From Octopus sinensis (taxonomy: Eukaryota), in NCBI RefSeq assembly GCF_006345805.1, contig NC_043016.1, forward strand, positions 17,422,001 through 17,486,000: a DNA stretch of 64,000 bases, written 5' to 3'. Below are positions 39,246-51,634 of the stretch, one piece after another. Every line of letters starts with the position of its first letter. The first letter of the stretch is position 1. The notes beneath the pieces were generated by a model. It searched no databases, was not told the origin of the DNA, and saw only the letters and a program-made list of their open reading frames with translations. The position numbers and the translations under genes are program-made.

Positions 39246-39249
39246 TGAT

Positions 39250-39295
<46 letters not shown>

Positions 39296-39809
39296 GTGCA
39301 GATTGCATCAAATAATCAGCTGGAGGAGGTATCTGCCTGGGGTTAGAAATAGCAGTAGCATCAGTTCCTAGAGAACAGCCATGCTTAAGTGGTAATAGAC
39401 ATTATGTCTTGGTATAGTTGCTGTTCTCATCTCTTACTGAGGTTTTCTCTCTAGTTAAATTGCTCATAAAATGTTTTGTTTATGTAGATGCATTTTATGG
39501 GGATTGGCATGGCTGAGTGGGGTTAAGAAGTTCTCTTTTGTAATTAATCGTGTTGTGTTCGAATGTGCTGCATGGCATTTTAGACAAATTCATTTTTTCA
39601 TAGTCTTTGGCAGCCCCTGCCAAACCTTGGGAATCAATTATGGTAGACAGAAACTGTGTGGAACCTCATTGGACGGAATGTGTCTGTAATTCAAAAGTCT
39701 TTTCTGTTACATAATGTATCATAACTGTTTTGTTGTTTCATATTGAGAATTATATCAAAGACAAAAACACATGTATATATGTTTATATACACATATATAT
39801 ATATGTGTG

Positions 39810-39885
<76 letters not shown>

Positions 39886-39970
39886 TTATCTATCGACATC
39901 CATCAATCTAACCAGTCAGCCAGCCATATATCTATCTCCTCATGCACACACACATGTATATATGTTTATA

Positions 39971-40001
<31 letters not shown>

Positions 40002-40341
40002 GTATGTATGTGTATGTGTGTATATATATGCGTGTGTGTGTGTGTGTTTCTATTTGTCTATCTATTTATATCCATCCATCAACCAGCGAGCCAGCGAGCC
40101 AGCCATTTATCTATCTACACACACACACACGCATTTCTATTATAGTCAGTGACTTAGATATAATTCAGTCTGGGCATTTTCAGTTGATTGTACAACTGTT
40201 ATATTCATTATGAAAACTAATTGAGAATTCAATTACTTTTATTATTTTTTTTTACTTATGTTTATATATTTTAGTGTAAACTATTCTTAAAATTTGTTTT
40301 ATTTATATATGTATGTATATTTATTTTTGTTACTTTTGTAG

Positions 40342-40511
40342 CTGAAATCTACACCATTGTCTTCATGATGGTTTGTTTATATGCCTCAATTCAAGTTGGA
40401 ATGGAAGCAAGGCGATATGAGTTCTTCAGAGAGAAAGTAAACCCTAAAATTACTTTGTATGAATCCCATTCTAAAGAATTACCAAGTGTCAAAGAGAAGT
40501 TATCTGACTGA
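40342..40511 (+). CDS. HHAT: HHAT terminal coding exon
   Basis: Acceptor TTTTGTAG|; phase-compatible with 37541 (G+CT=Ala); EIYTIVFMMVCLYASIQVGMEARRYEFF...KEKLSD*; last TM helix LY..xVG matches the HHAT C-terminus. Confidence 0.7.
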
Positions 40512-40847
40512 TTTGAAATACCTGGAAAATATTTATTTCTATAAAAGGGAAAACAATTTCCAGAAAAACAACAGAAATAGTTGAAATTCATCATTAATTT
40601 ATTGTTGTAAGGTAGCGAGCTACCAAAATCATTAGAACATTGGAAAAAAATGCCTTGTGGTAATTGTTGCAGTTCTTTATATTCTGATTTCAAATCCCAC
40701 CAATATCAACTTTGCCTTATATCTCTCCATAAAATTAATTACAAATCAAATACTGAGATCATTGTAATTGACAAAGCCCTTTCCCTCGAAATTGTTGACA
40801 TTTGTCTAAATTACAAACCGTTATAAATTTATTCTAGGATAATTGTA

Positions 40848-40998
40848 AATAAATTCATACAATATTAGCTGGTGCTACAAAGGAAAACAGTTTCTATCAT
40901 CAAACACGATGTATTGTTACATCAATATTGTTTTGTAAAATGAGCTTGAATGCCACAATGAAGTTTATACAATTTTTTTATAACATAATATTAATAAA
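40848..40998 (+). promoter_or_regulatory. Candidate polyadenylation signals (AATAAA at 40848 and 40993)
   Basis: Hexamers downstream of the HHAT stop; AT-rich context makes chance matches likely. Confidence 0.3.
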
Positions 40999-41084
40999 AC
41001 AGAAACAAAAGACCACAGATTGGAAACAAATTTGTGTGTGTTTAATTGTCATGTTTGTTATGTCTTTCAAAATTAGTTTGACAG

Positions 41085-41690
41085 GTGCAGGCAGACCTGT
41101 TTGGTAAGACGATAACTTTCCAACCACATGGTTCTGGGTTCAGTCCCTTTACACTGCACCTTAGGCAAGTGTCTTTTACTATAGCCCCAGTCCAACGAAA
41201 GCCTTATGAGTGGATTTGGTAGAAGGAAACATATATATATGTATATGTATGTGTGTGTTTGTGTGTCTGTTTTTTTCCCCCTAGTATTGCTTGACAACCG
41301 ATGCTGGTGTGCTTACGTCCCCGTCACTTAGCGGTTCGGCAAAAGAGACCGATAGAATAAGTACTGGGCTTACAAAGAATAAGTCCCGGGGTCAATTTGC
41401 TCGACTAAAGGCAGTGCTCCAGCATGGCCGCAGTCAAAATGACTGAAACAAGTAAAAGAGTAAGAGAGTATATATATATATATATATATGTGTGTGTATG
41501 TATATAGGTGTGTGTGTGTGCATGTGTTTTGTGTTTGTTTCCACCACTTGACAACTGGTGTTGGTTTGTTTATATCCCTGTAATTTAGCAGTTGAAGATC
41601 GATACTGGGGTTGATTTGTTTGACTAAATCCTTTAAGGCAGTGCTCCAGCATGGCCACAGTCAAATGACTGAAACAACTAAAAGAGAAGA
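41085..41690 (+). mobile_element. Old bipartite SINE with a younger 3' half inserted in its internal microsatellite
   Basis: CpG-poor 5' half (41085-41230), CpG-rich 3' half (41285-41465), then a CpG-poor 3' half (41530-41690). Confidence 0.65.
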
Positions 41691-44154
41691 GGTTAAAAAA
41701 GAAAGTTCCTTATCAAGATATGAAGAAGAATATGTGATAGAAATTTAATTAGATTGCAATATTTTCAGAAAACCATTTCAAAAACTTTTGAAGATGAACT
41801 ATTTTTTTCGACTCGTAAAAGTAAAGTTGTCTTTTTCCTTAAAGTCCCGAGGAACTGAACTAACTTAAAACCGTTTCAAGAGATTATATGGATTGTGACT
41901 TGAAGATTTTTCAATATGCAACATACTCTGTATGAAAGTAAAAGTGAAAAATGTTGAATGGATGACTAGTAAAGGATATCAGAAGAATGACTAAACGTGC
42001 TTAACAAATTCTTGGATCATTTATTCCAATGTTGCCATAGCTTTGTGATGTTAAAGAGCAAGGCTCAGCACCGCATTTGTGTCATTTGGTATTCTGTTTG
42101 AATCTTTCCGTAGCTGAGTGGTTGGAATAAATTGCATCAGGTTTTTGTAAGTGTGCATATGCATCTTCTAACCCACATACTTATTAAATGCCTCTTGGTA
42201 TGGAAAATAAACTTAAATAAATATATATATATATACTAATAAAATATAATAATATTTTATTTTTCAAGAATTAAAAAGAGACTACAAAAATTAAAAGAAA
42301 AAAATTGAAATTCCTAATAAAATTAATAACCTTTAAATAAAAACTATTAATGGAAAAACAAAAAAAAAGTTACAAACTCCTAAAGTGTGGCATTTTCTTT
42401 CCTTAAACTTGCTATTTTCCAATCACAGCCTCAGGTAATGACTGTTCAAAGAGATTTATGATTGAAAGCATTTTAACTATGATCATACAGCATTTGTCAA
42501 AGAATTGTGTGCTCCAGAATATGTAATCCAATGTGTCCTTCTTTTATTCTAAAGTGAATTGGTTGCTATATCTAGCATGTTTAGTCATAGTTTATATGCA
42601 TCTATACAAGTTTCATGATAGAATTATGTGCCCTTTGCTTGCTGTTGTGAGAGGAGACTTCAGAAGGAGCTAGCTGAATGATTTTACCCCTTCACCTGGC
42701 TAGCTTTTAGAGCCATATCCTTAATATGAATTTGCTGGCAAGGATCCAGACAAATGAATAGAAAAAAAAAGTGCAAAACAGTTAATTAAATTTATGTTGT
42801 TCTGCTGTGAATTTGTTTGATTTATCGTACTGAATACATTTAAAGGGATTCTGGACCTTCTTTTTACTCTTAGGCTTTAACAAATCCACTGAATCAATGG
42901 TACTATTGCAATATATTAATAAAATAGCCAAGTTTGATATGCCAAAAACTGCTTCTCTGGAACTTAAGAATTACAGCTAATTTCTGATATTATATTTCAA
43001 GACTATGAGGGGGGCCATGTATGCCACCTTCACCCCAGTGAATGTAGAATGTTATGTGGACTGATTATGCAAGCTGGAAACAAGCAAAAAAAATTTTCAT
43101 CCAACAAAATTTGAAATAGCAATACTTGTATTTGTGAGAAAGAAGGCAACAAATCGCTTGAATGGTGGCTCTGTTATCATTTAACTGTCTATTCTCACGT
43201 ATTTATACTGGCAATCTTCAGCTCAGTCGTACATGAATGTGCAGTGAAAAGACAAAATGTGGATCGATTAAATTAGATCAAGGCAAATCACCAGCGAAGC
43301 ACACCACGTGTTTTAGTTTGACAGTTTATTCTGAATATTCCAGGTAATTTAACCATTCATATAAGTGGTTAATATGTAGAGTTGAAAAGAAAGTTCGCTG
43401 CTATGAAGCGTCTTGCAAAGCCAAGCATGTATTAAAGGAGTTATTGCTACATTTGACGTGGAGTAACTTATACTCAAAGGATGAAACGAATGAGTATTTT
43501 AGGGTATTACCACGTATGTTTCTACAGAGTAATTTCGTTAAGTTATGCCATTATCTTGGTGAAAAGTAATCTAAAAAACATCCAGTGGTGTATTAACTGA
43601 AGAAGCGGCAGTAAAGGAAAACTTGAACTTACGCAATGTTATTATGCTAAAATGTACGATGTACAATGTTCTGAAAGAGGTTGTTATGGAACCATATGCA
43701 GTAATACCTAAAATACCCGTTCATTTCATCCTTATTACTCTCTCTCTCTCTCTCTCTCTCTCTCGCTCTCTCTACTCATACATATATATTATAAATATAA
43801 ATATACATACGGTGCCCCAGCATGGCCACAGCTCATGAGCTGAAACTAGAATCAATCAATCAATCATACATACACTCGTGCGTACTTACATACATTCGTG
43901 TATGCATATATACATTCATACACACTTACATACGTAGGTGTGTGTGTGTGTGTGGTAAGGCTTCGACAAGTAGAATAGCTCTCGATCAGCTAAGAAAATG
44001 TTATAATAAAAACCACAAGTTTTGTTAAATATTCTGGGTTTCCTGGTCGAGACATTTTCAACTGAGAACAAAACCGTTTGTCAGTTGCTTGCTTTTTAAG
44101 AAGATGACGATTAAACAAGGGATGCTGATGAGGAAGAAGACAAAAAGAATACAC

Positions 44155-44194
<40 letters not shown>

Positions 44195-44401
44195 GCGTAT
44201 ATAGTAATAATAATAATCCTTGGATGGAATTTATAGATATTTTAATGCTTCGCTACGCCCGTTTCCACAAATCCCATGCTTCTTAAGATCATAGTTCGTA
44301 TTCCTGGAATGATTACAGTACAATATGTAGTATCCATGGACATCTGGTGGATCATGTTCATGGATCATCCATTACTACGGGAGAAAAATGCGCATATATA
44401 T

Positions 44402-44404
<3 letters not shown>

Positions 44405-44437
<33 letters not shown>

Positions 44438-44660
44438 GTTTAACGTCCGTTTTCCGCGCTAGCACGGGTTGGACGGTTTCGACCGGGGTCTGGAGAGCTC
44501 GGGACTGCCCCAGGCTCCAGTCTAGTCTGGCAGTGTTTGTACAGCTGGATGCCCTTCCTAACGCCAACCACTCCGCGAGTGTAGTGGGTGTTTTTTACGT
44601 GCCACCTGCACAGGTGCCAGAGGGGTCTGGCATCGGCCACGTTCGGATGGTGCTTTTTAT
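44405..44660 (-). mobile_element. RTE 3' UTR fragment
   Basis: Reverse complement of 17700-17920 with (GAT)n tail. Confidence 0.8.
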
Positions 44661-45145
44661 GGGGGGGGGGGGTGCAGAAATATAGGGGAGCACCAGTGGG
44701 AGGGGGGTTCAGAGGACAGGTAATAGGCAAGTAGAACGTAGGATATCGAGAGAGGGGTAATGCATGGTGAAATAGCGTATTGAAAGGGGGGGTTCAAAGA
44801 GTAGACCCCTATAATGGTGGTGGGGGGGTGCAGAAATATAGGGGAGCACCAGTGGGAGGGGTAGGTTCAGAGGACAGGTTCTAGGCAAATAGAATATAGT
44901 AGATATAGGCGAGAGAGGGGTAATGTATGGTGAAATAGCGTATTGAAGAGGGGGGTTCAAAGAGTAGACACCTATAATGGTGGTGGTGGGGGGGTGCAGA
45001 AATATAGGAGAGCACCAGTGGGAGGGTGGTGGTCAGAGGACAGGTCTAGGCAAGTAGAACGTAGGATATCGAGAGAGGGGTAATGCATGGTGAAATAGCG
45101 TATTGAAGAGGGGGGTTCAAAGAGTAGACACCTATAATGGTGGGG
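44661..45145. repeat. G-rich tandem repeat, ~160-bp unit x ~3
   Basis: TGCAGAAATATAGG recurs at 44673, 44829, 44995. Confidence 0.85.
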
Positions 45146-45389
45146 AGAAGACGACATCCGGTATAGTTGGAGCAAAATAGAGATATCCGGTATTGTGGTG
45201 GGGGTGGGTAGGGAGGGCCGAGCGCGCGCGCGAGAAGAATCGGCAGCACATATTTCTCTGCCTGTAAGGGAGATAGATCTTAAATATCTATAACGATAAC
45301 TAGTGAATTATCAGAATATGCAAAAACGAGGCGAGGCTGAAAATAGTAAACAGAGTGGCGACTAGGGGGATCAGAATAATAATAATTTA

Positions 45390-45570
45390 TATATATAATT
45401 TCAACAATTGAGGGTAAAATTAATTAATTATTAATCAATTTCACCAAGTATTCAGTATGCAAAGGACCATTTAAGGCGAATTCAAATTATTACATTATAT
45501 AAAAGGGCTTAGTAAAAGTAAAGTAATTTACGGCAAAGTAATTTATTTTACTAAGCCCTTTTATATAATA
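45390..45570 (-). mobile_element. Truncated copy of the 24138 family with a 24-bp inverted duplication
   Basis: Reverse complement of ~24520-24635; arms 45494-45517 and 45546-45569. Confidence 0.7.
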
Positions 45571-45599
45571 TATATATATATATATATATATTATTAACG

Positions 45600-48060
45600 A
45601 TGGGGGATTTCACCCTTCCGAGTGTTGATTGGTCCACAAACAGCTTGAAACCAGGTTTTCCACCCCAACTTCTGATAAGGAAGCAATCGAATTGATTTTT
45701 GATTTAATAGATGAGTTTTTCCTAACCCAACTTGTTCGTGTACCAACAAGGCGTCAGAAAACACCTTGAACCTAGTGTTCAATAACCACAATGATTCTAT
45801 CCTCAATATTGCAGTGGAAAAAACACCACTACTCTCAGACCGTGACATGGTTCTCTGCAATCTGAGATTCTACCAACCAAAGATCAAATCCAGTGACATC
45901 ACTTCAATCCATCCATTTGACACTATGGATCTTCATAATGCAGTCTGGGATGCGGTCAGTTATGATCTTTCACGAGTTAATTTGGCCTTCACACATCCAC
46001 CACTCCTCCAACATAAACACATCATAGCAGACATTTGTAGACACTGTGACAAATATATGCGCAACACATACTCCATTAAGATCAGAATCCCTACAAAGTG
46101 CAGAATCCCTAGAAATTGAAAAGCAATTATCAGAAACATAAAAAGAATTAACAAGAAAAATCAACCAACTTAAATACTGCCAGCAGCAACGCACCCATTC
46201 GACTGTCATTGCATCACTCGAATCGAAAAAACACGACCTCCAAAAACGCATGATGACCATCATTAACAGTCAAAGAGCAGCTGAGGTGAGTTGGGCCAAT
46301 GAGAAAATAAAACTCAATCCTAAAATGTTCTTTTCATTTGCAAAAGAAAATATATAAAGACGCTGTTTCTACTGTTGGTCCTCCGGTTGATGAGAACAAC
46401 ACTCTACATGATGCAAAGTCCATGTGCGAGATACTGCACAGACAATACTGCTCTGTCTTCAGTAACCCTAATGCAGTTGACCTGGCTAGTATCAGTGATG
46501 TTAACCCTCAACTAACCATATCTAACATAACTTTTGGTGCACCAGATATCCTAACAGAAATAGATAAATAGATAAAATTAAGGTCCCGATAAGTTCTCGG
46601 CCACTGCCCTGAAGATGTATCGACATCAAATTGTACCCAACTAGCTGAGCTCTGGATAACCTCAATTGATGCAGGCTACATTCCTGATAATTCTCTTTCC
46701 CAGTCTTCAAAACGGGAAACAAATCTCTTCCAGTGGACTACCATCCGATTTCCCTCACTTCTCATATCATTTGAGAGGGTGATAAGATCGCAGATAACTC
46801 ACCTCCTTGAAGACAACAATCTGCTGAAACCGAACCAGCATGGTTTTCGTGATGACAGGGACTGCCTGTCATAGCTTCTGCACCATTTTGATGACATCTT
46901 AAAAGCGTTGGGAGAGAGCTTCAACACTGACACCATATACCTTGATTTCAGCAAGGCATTTGACAGAGTGGACCACAACATCCTACTGAAGAATCTGTCC
47001 AACATTGGAGCCCATGGAAGGCTGCTGCAGCAGATAAAGTGTTTCCTCATGAACAGAACCCAACATGTGTTTGAGGGAACACAATCCAGTTCAGCGAAAG
47101 TCAGTAGTGGTGTCCCAAAAGATATTGTGTTGGGCCCACTTCTCTTCATTATTTACATCAACGACGACATAGTATTTCATCAGAATTTTACATTGATAAT
47201 CTTCGCAGATGATTCCAAACTCCAGAAAGCCATAAACGGCTTGAGAGACCGAACATGCCTTCAGTCAGATCTGTTTGCTATTGTTCAATGGACGGAAAAA
47301 CAAAAACAATATGCTTTTAAATGAAGATAAGTTTAATTTGATCCACTTTGGGAAACAGAAAACTCTGAAATTACCATATGCTCTTCCCTCGGGCGATTCC
47401 CTAGTGTCATCCAACAATATCAGAGATCTTGAAGTGATTATTGATAACAATCTAAGCTGGAATTGCCACGTAAACAGCAAGGTTGACTTGACCCACAAGA
47501 TGTGCTCCTGGATTCTGAGAACTTTCCGGTCTAGAGATGCCTACACTATCATCCTTCTCTCCTCTTCTTTTGCTCGACCCCACCTTGAGTACTGTTGCTC
47601 ATTGGGGTCCCGCCATGTGAAAAACTCATGAAAGTAGAAGCACTCCATAACAAGAAAGATAGACGGCATGAGAGGTATTGGTTATTGGAGTCGAATGAAA
47701 AAACTTAATCTCTACTCTCTCCAACGCCGCCGGGAGCACTACATCATTTGAGTTATGTGGAAAATATTCCATCAATATTGCACAACTGATGTTGGAATCA
47801 ATTTTAAAATCCATCCAAGACTTGGCCCCTGTGTTATCCGCCCAATATATAAATCGAACTCGGTATACATAGCAACATAACGTCACAATTACTTTACCTC
47901 AACAGGTCCAGCTCTCTTTAATACCACACCAAAATACGTCAAGACGGAAACGGATCCCATAAAATTCAAATGTTTACTGGACAAAGGTCTTAAAAAATAC
48001 TGGACCAACCTCTTACACCCCGGATATGTCTCCAATAATAATAACTCTTTGTTAGAATAG
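45600..48060 (+). mobile_element. CR1/L2-like LINE ORF2 remnant (APE + RT)
   Basis: FLTQLVRVPTR, PISLTS, QHGFR, IYLDFSKAFDRVDH, SGVPKDIVLGPLLFIIYIND, IFADDSKL, RPHLEYC; multiple stops and frameshifts. Confidence 0.9.
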
Positions 48061-48149
48061 GCTATGTATATACGCACGCTCATATATACGTGTAATCTGT
48101 ATGTATTATCACCCCTGTGCACGCATATATATAGGTATATATAATATAT

Positions 48150-48210
<61 letters not shown>

Positions 48211-48213
<3 letters not shown>

Positions 48214-49454
48214 GGGTTGGGCAAAATAATGTAACCACCTCGCATCATAGCATCATAATTTGAAATATCTTAAAAACCGTCAAAAGCTTGTTTATTTTTG
48301 TTTTTTTTAAAAATTTATTATTAGCGTTACTTAAAATGTTTTTTCTAAAATTGTTGTTTCTTTCAGATATCATCAGAAAAAGGTAATTAAAATTCATTAA
48401 AATGACATCTATTAGACTTTCAAAGAGGTCAAATTGTTGGTGCTTGTATGGCAAGCGCTAGCGTAACGAAAACAGCCGAAATGTTTGGTATATCAAGATT
48501 TACCGTCTTGAAAGTAATGACAGCCTTTGAGAAAGAGGGAAAAACCTCCTCATAAAAACAAAATTCCAGAAGAAAACCAAAACTTTCAGATAGGGACCGT
48601 CTGACTCTTACACGAATTGTTAGAAAAGATCACAAAAGTATAGCTCCCAAAATTACTGTAGAGCTTAATGATCACCTCGAGAACCCAGTTTCCACAAAAC
48701 CTGTTTGCCAAGAGCTGCACAAAGCCGGATTTCACGAGAGGACTGCAATCAGAAAACCACTACCTTCAAAAACAAATGTTGCAAAGCGTTTAGAGTGGAG
48801 TAAAAACCTACAGAATTGGTCCCTAGAGCAGTGGAAGAATGTTATTTTCTCGGACGAGTCATCTTTTACCTTATTTCCGTCCACAGGCCGAGTATACGTG
48901 TGAAGACAGCCAAAAGAAGCATTTGATCCAGACTGTCTTCTTCCAACTGTTAAACGTGGAGGAGGATCAATGATGATTTGGGGGCCTATATCTTGAAAAT
49001 CCGTCGATCCAATGGTTTCCTTTCATTGCAGAATTAATAGTCAAGACTATTTAAGAATTTTATCTGATCAAACTCATCCTATGGTTGAGGAACTGTTTCC
49101 GGAGGGAGACGCAATCTTTCAAGATGATAATGCACCAATTCATACAGCTAAAGTTGTTTCTGAATAGCACAAGGAACATTCTAGTGAAGTTGAACATCTT
49201 ATCTGGCCACCACAGTCCCCAGACCTCAATATTATCGAACATTTATGGTGCATTTTAGAAAAACAAGTAAGGAGTCGATATCCTCCACCATCTTCACTAC
49301 AAGAACTGGAGACTGTTTTAGCTGAAGAATGGACAAAAATTCCTTTGGAATCGCAGAATTCAAGCTGTTATAACTGCCAAAGGTGGCCCTACGCCATATT
49401 AAAATATTTTTGCCTGAAATGTTAAGGTGTTTCCATTATTTTGTCCAACCCCTG
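48211..49454 (+). mobile_element. Near full-length Tc1-family transposon with DD36E spacing
   Basis: TIR CAGGGGTTGG(G/A)CAAAATAATG at both ends, TA flanks, 1244 bp; FSDES, QDDNAPIHTA, WPPQSPDLNIIE. Confidence 0.92.
48402..49402 (+). pseudogene. Tc1 (DD36E) transposase pseudogene
   Basis: 5' frameshift, several in-frame stops, small C-terminal deletion; ends KGGPTPY*. Confidence 0.85.
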
Positions 49455-49699
49455 TATATATAGATGTAAGAACTTACTGTGGGAAGGGTGCGTAGCGTTC
49501 GATTATGAATAAATAAAATGAAAAATACACATTGTGTACAGGACAACGAGTGAAAAATACGTAAACACATATATATATATAGGACTATATATATATATAT
49601 GTATGTGTATGTGTGTGTGTGTGTGTGTGTGTGTTTATTGTTTTTGTGGTTAATTGAATGTATTTCTCCTGATCTTCCTTCCTTCGATTTTCGAACATT

Positions 49700-50650
49700 A
49701 TGGTAGTTAATATCTAATAGAGTAAATTTGGGTTTGATGATATTATTTATAAACGATTTATCTATTGTTTGTTAATGATTTAATTAGAGAAAGAGAGCTA
49801 AGATTTGGAGAAAATAATCTGTATTACTTCGGTGTCACCTATATAAACTATTGATCGAAACGATATTGAGATTTATTGATTCTGAGCAGGATTAGAGTTA
49901 TCATGTAGTTAGTCATTACATGGATGTTTTCATTATTTATGTGGTTCTTACCAAACCTTTGAACTTAAAAGCAAAACCCATTGATTAGTTTTTCAAATTT
50001 TTTAAAGGAAAAAACTATTGTCTGGCTGAGCGATTAAACGGGGAAACGCCATTTCTATTACATTAACGGAAGGGATGAAAACATTTCAGGATAGTTTTTC
50101 TATTGTGATTTACACATTTTCTGAGTTACAAAGAACAAAACTTCAGCTCTGAGACAAAAATAAATATTTAGTAAATATTTGAGAAAACACCTATGTGTAA
50201 TCAACTTATCTTTGTTCAACCTACGTGTGTGTATGAAAATGACATGGAAACATGCCACCGACAACCATTGCATTCTACCATCAAATTTTATCCAAATTCG
50301 TGTAATGGTTATATTTTTATGATGTTTATCCTCGACTAACTGCAATTCATCAAACATCTGGAAGATCTATTTGGAGAAAGAACTAAAGGACTTTTAAGAG
50401 TTAAATGAATTATACAGATTTACTGGTGTTTGGATTACAAAAGAATCTAATCGCAAATTCGGTCATTGTTAATCAAGCTTGATGCGTAATGCAGTTCGTA
50501 GGGGATTGTGAATGGGAAATATGCTGTGTGGTAATACGTTGTATTTAAATGTTATTACATTCAGAGGAATTTTATAATGGCTTCTGATATTGTCGCCCAA
50601 AACGGATTCTGTCAGATGAGAACTTCCTTCACTCTAATATAAACAATACA
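49700..50650 (-). mobile_element. Possible highly decayed Penelope-like element
   Basis: Only faint motif resemblance by eye; boundaries uncertain. Confidence 0.25.
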
Positions 50651-50728
50651 CTGATGCATACTTACAACGTACATGCACACATACACACGCACGCACACAC
50701 GCACACACACACACGCGCGCGCGCGCAC

Positions 50729-50767
<39 letters not shown>

Positions 50768-51634
50768 CACACGTGTATAAAAGAGTTCAGGATTCGAGTG
50801 AATCAGGTACTTAAATAGTAAACCACCAAGTTCGGGTCAAAGAAACACCAATCACGTACAAAACAAAATTAGAAGAACAAATACTGAAGAACAGACGGAT
50901 AAATATTCCTCCAGTTGCAAATACGATCAATTGTTCCTGACTGAATATATCACGAATATCAAGGCTGTACCTAGGAACACTCACTGCACCGATTGTACTG
51001 CACTTTATAGACTCCAGATCCTCAGGTTCTGAGTAAGGTGAATCATAAATAACAACAGATTGAATTTGGTTCATTCACTACAGCTGTTTCAAACGAGTTT
51101 TGTTTTTAAATAAAGTTATTATATGATGTGATAAAACCGTTTCCATCATGCGAATATACACGAATTAAACATTTAAAAAACAAAAAAAACATTCCAAGGA
51201 TCAACATTATGTGCCACTTCATGATTCCTGGCTAGCTTCAGTCAAAGAATGAATTACTTATCCTAGTTAGTCGTTTATACAGGAAGAATCACTAGGGTGA
51301 CAGAATCGGTGAGGTAGGCAGGAAAGAAATTATAGTGGGAGTAATATTACAGAATATGGGGAAAATCATGTCAACAGTGCCTCTCCCAGCCCGAAATCTA
51401 CTTTGGGTGCCAGTATATATGCAGTTTACTACATGTTCATTGATGAGGTTAAGAATTACCCTTGCAAGAATTTCTCCAGCTTTGTACAACAAACTTATTC
51501 CCCCGTGATTATCACATACACTCAAGTTACTTCTATGGGAATACAGTCCTGTCCAAGAGCTTTACTATTGGAATTTTTAAAATAGTAGTATTTACCTTTC
51601 CCAGGGAAGGATCTTCCGCAAGTTCTTCAGTTAT

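Noticed and set aside
42960-43090. Strong minus-strand splice acceptor (TTTTTTTTTGCTTGTTTCCAG)
   Set aside because: All three frames stop within about 15 codons; no supporting exon
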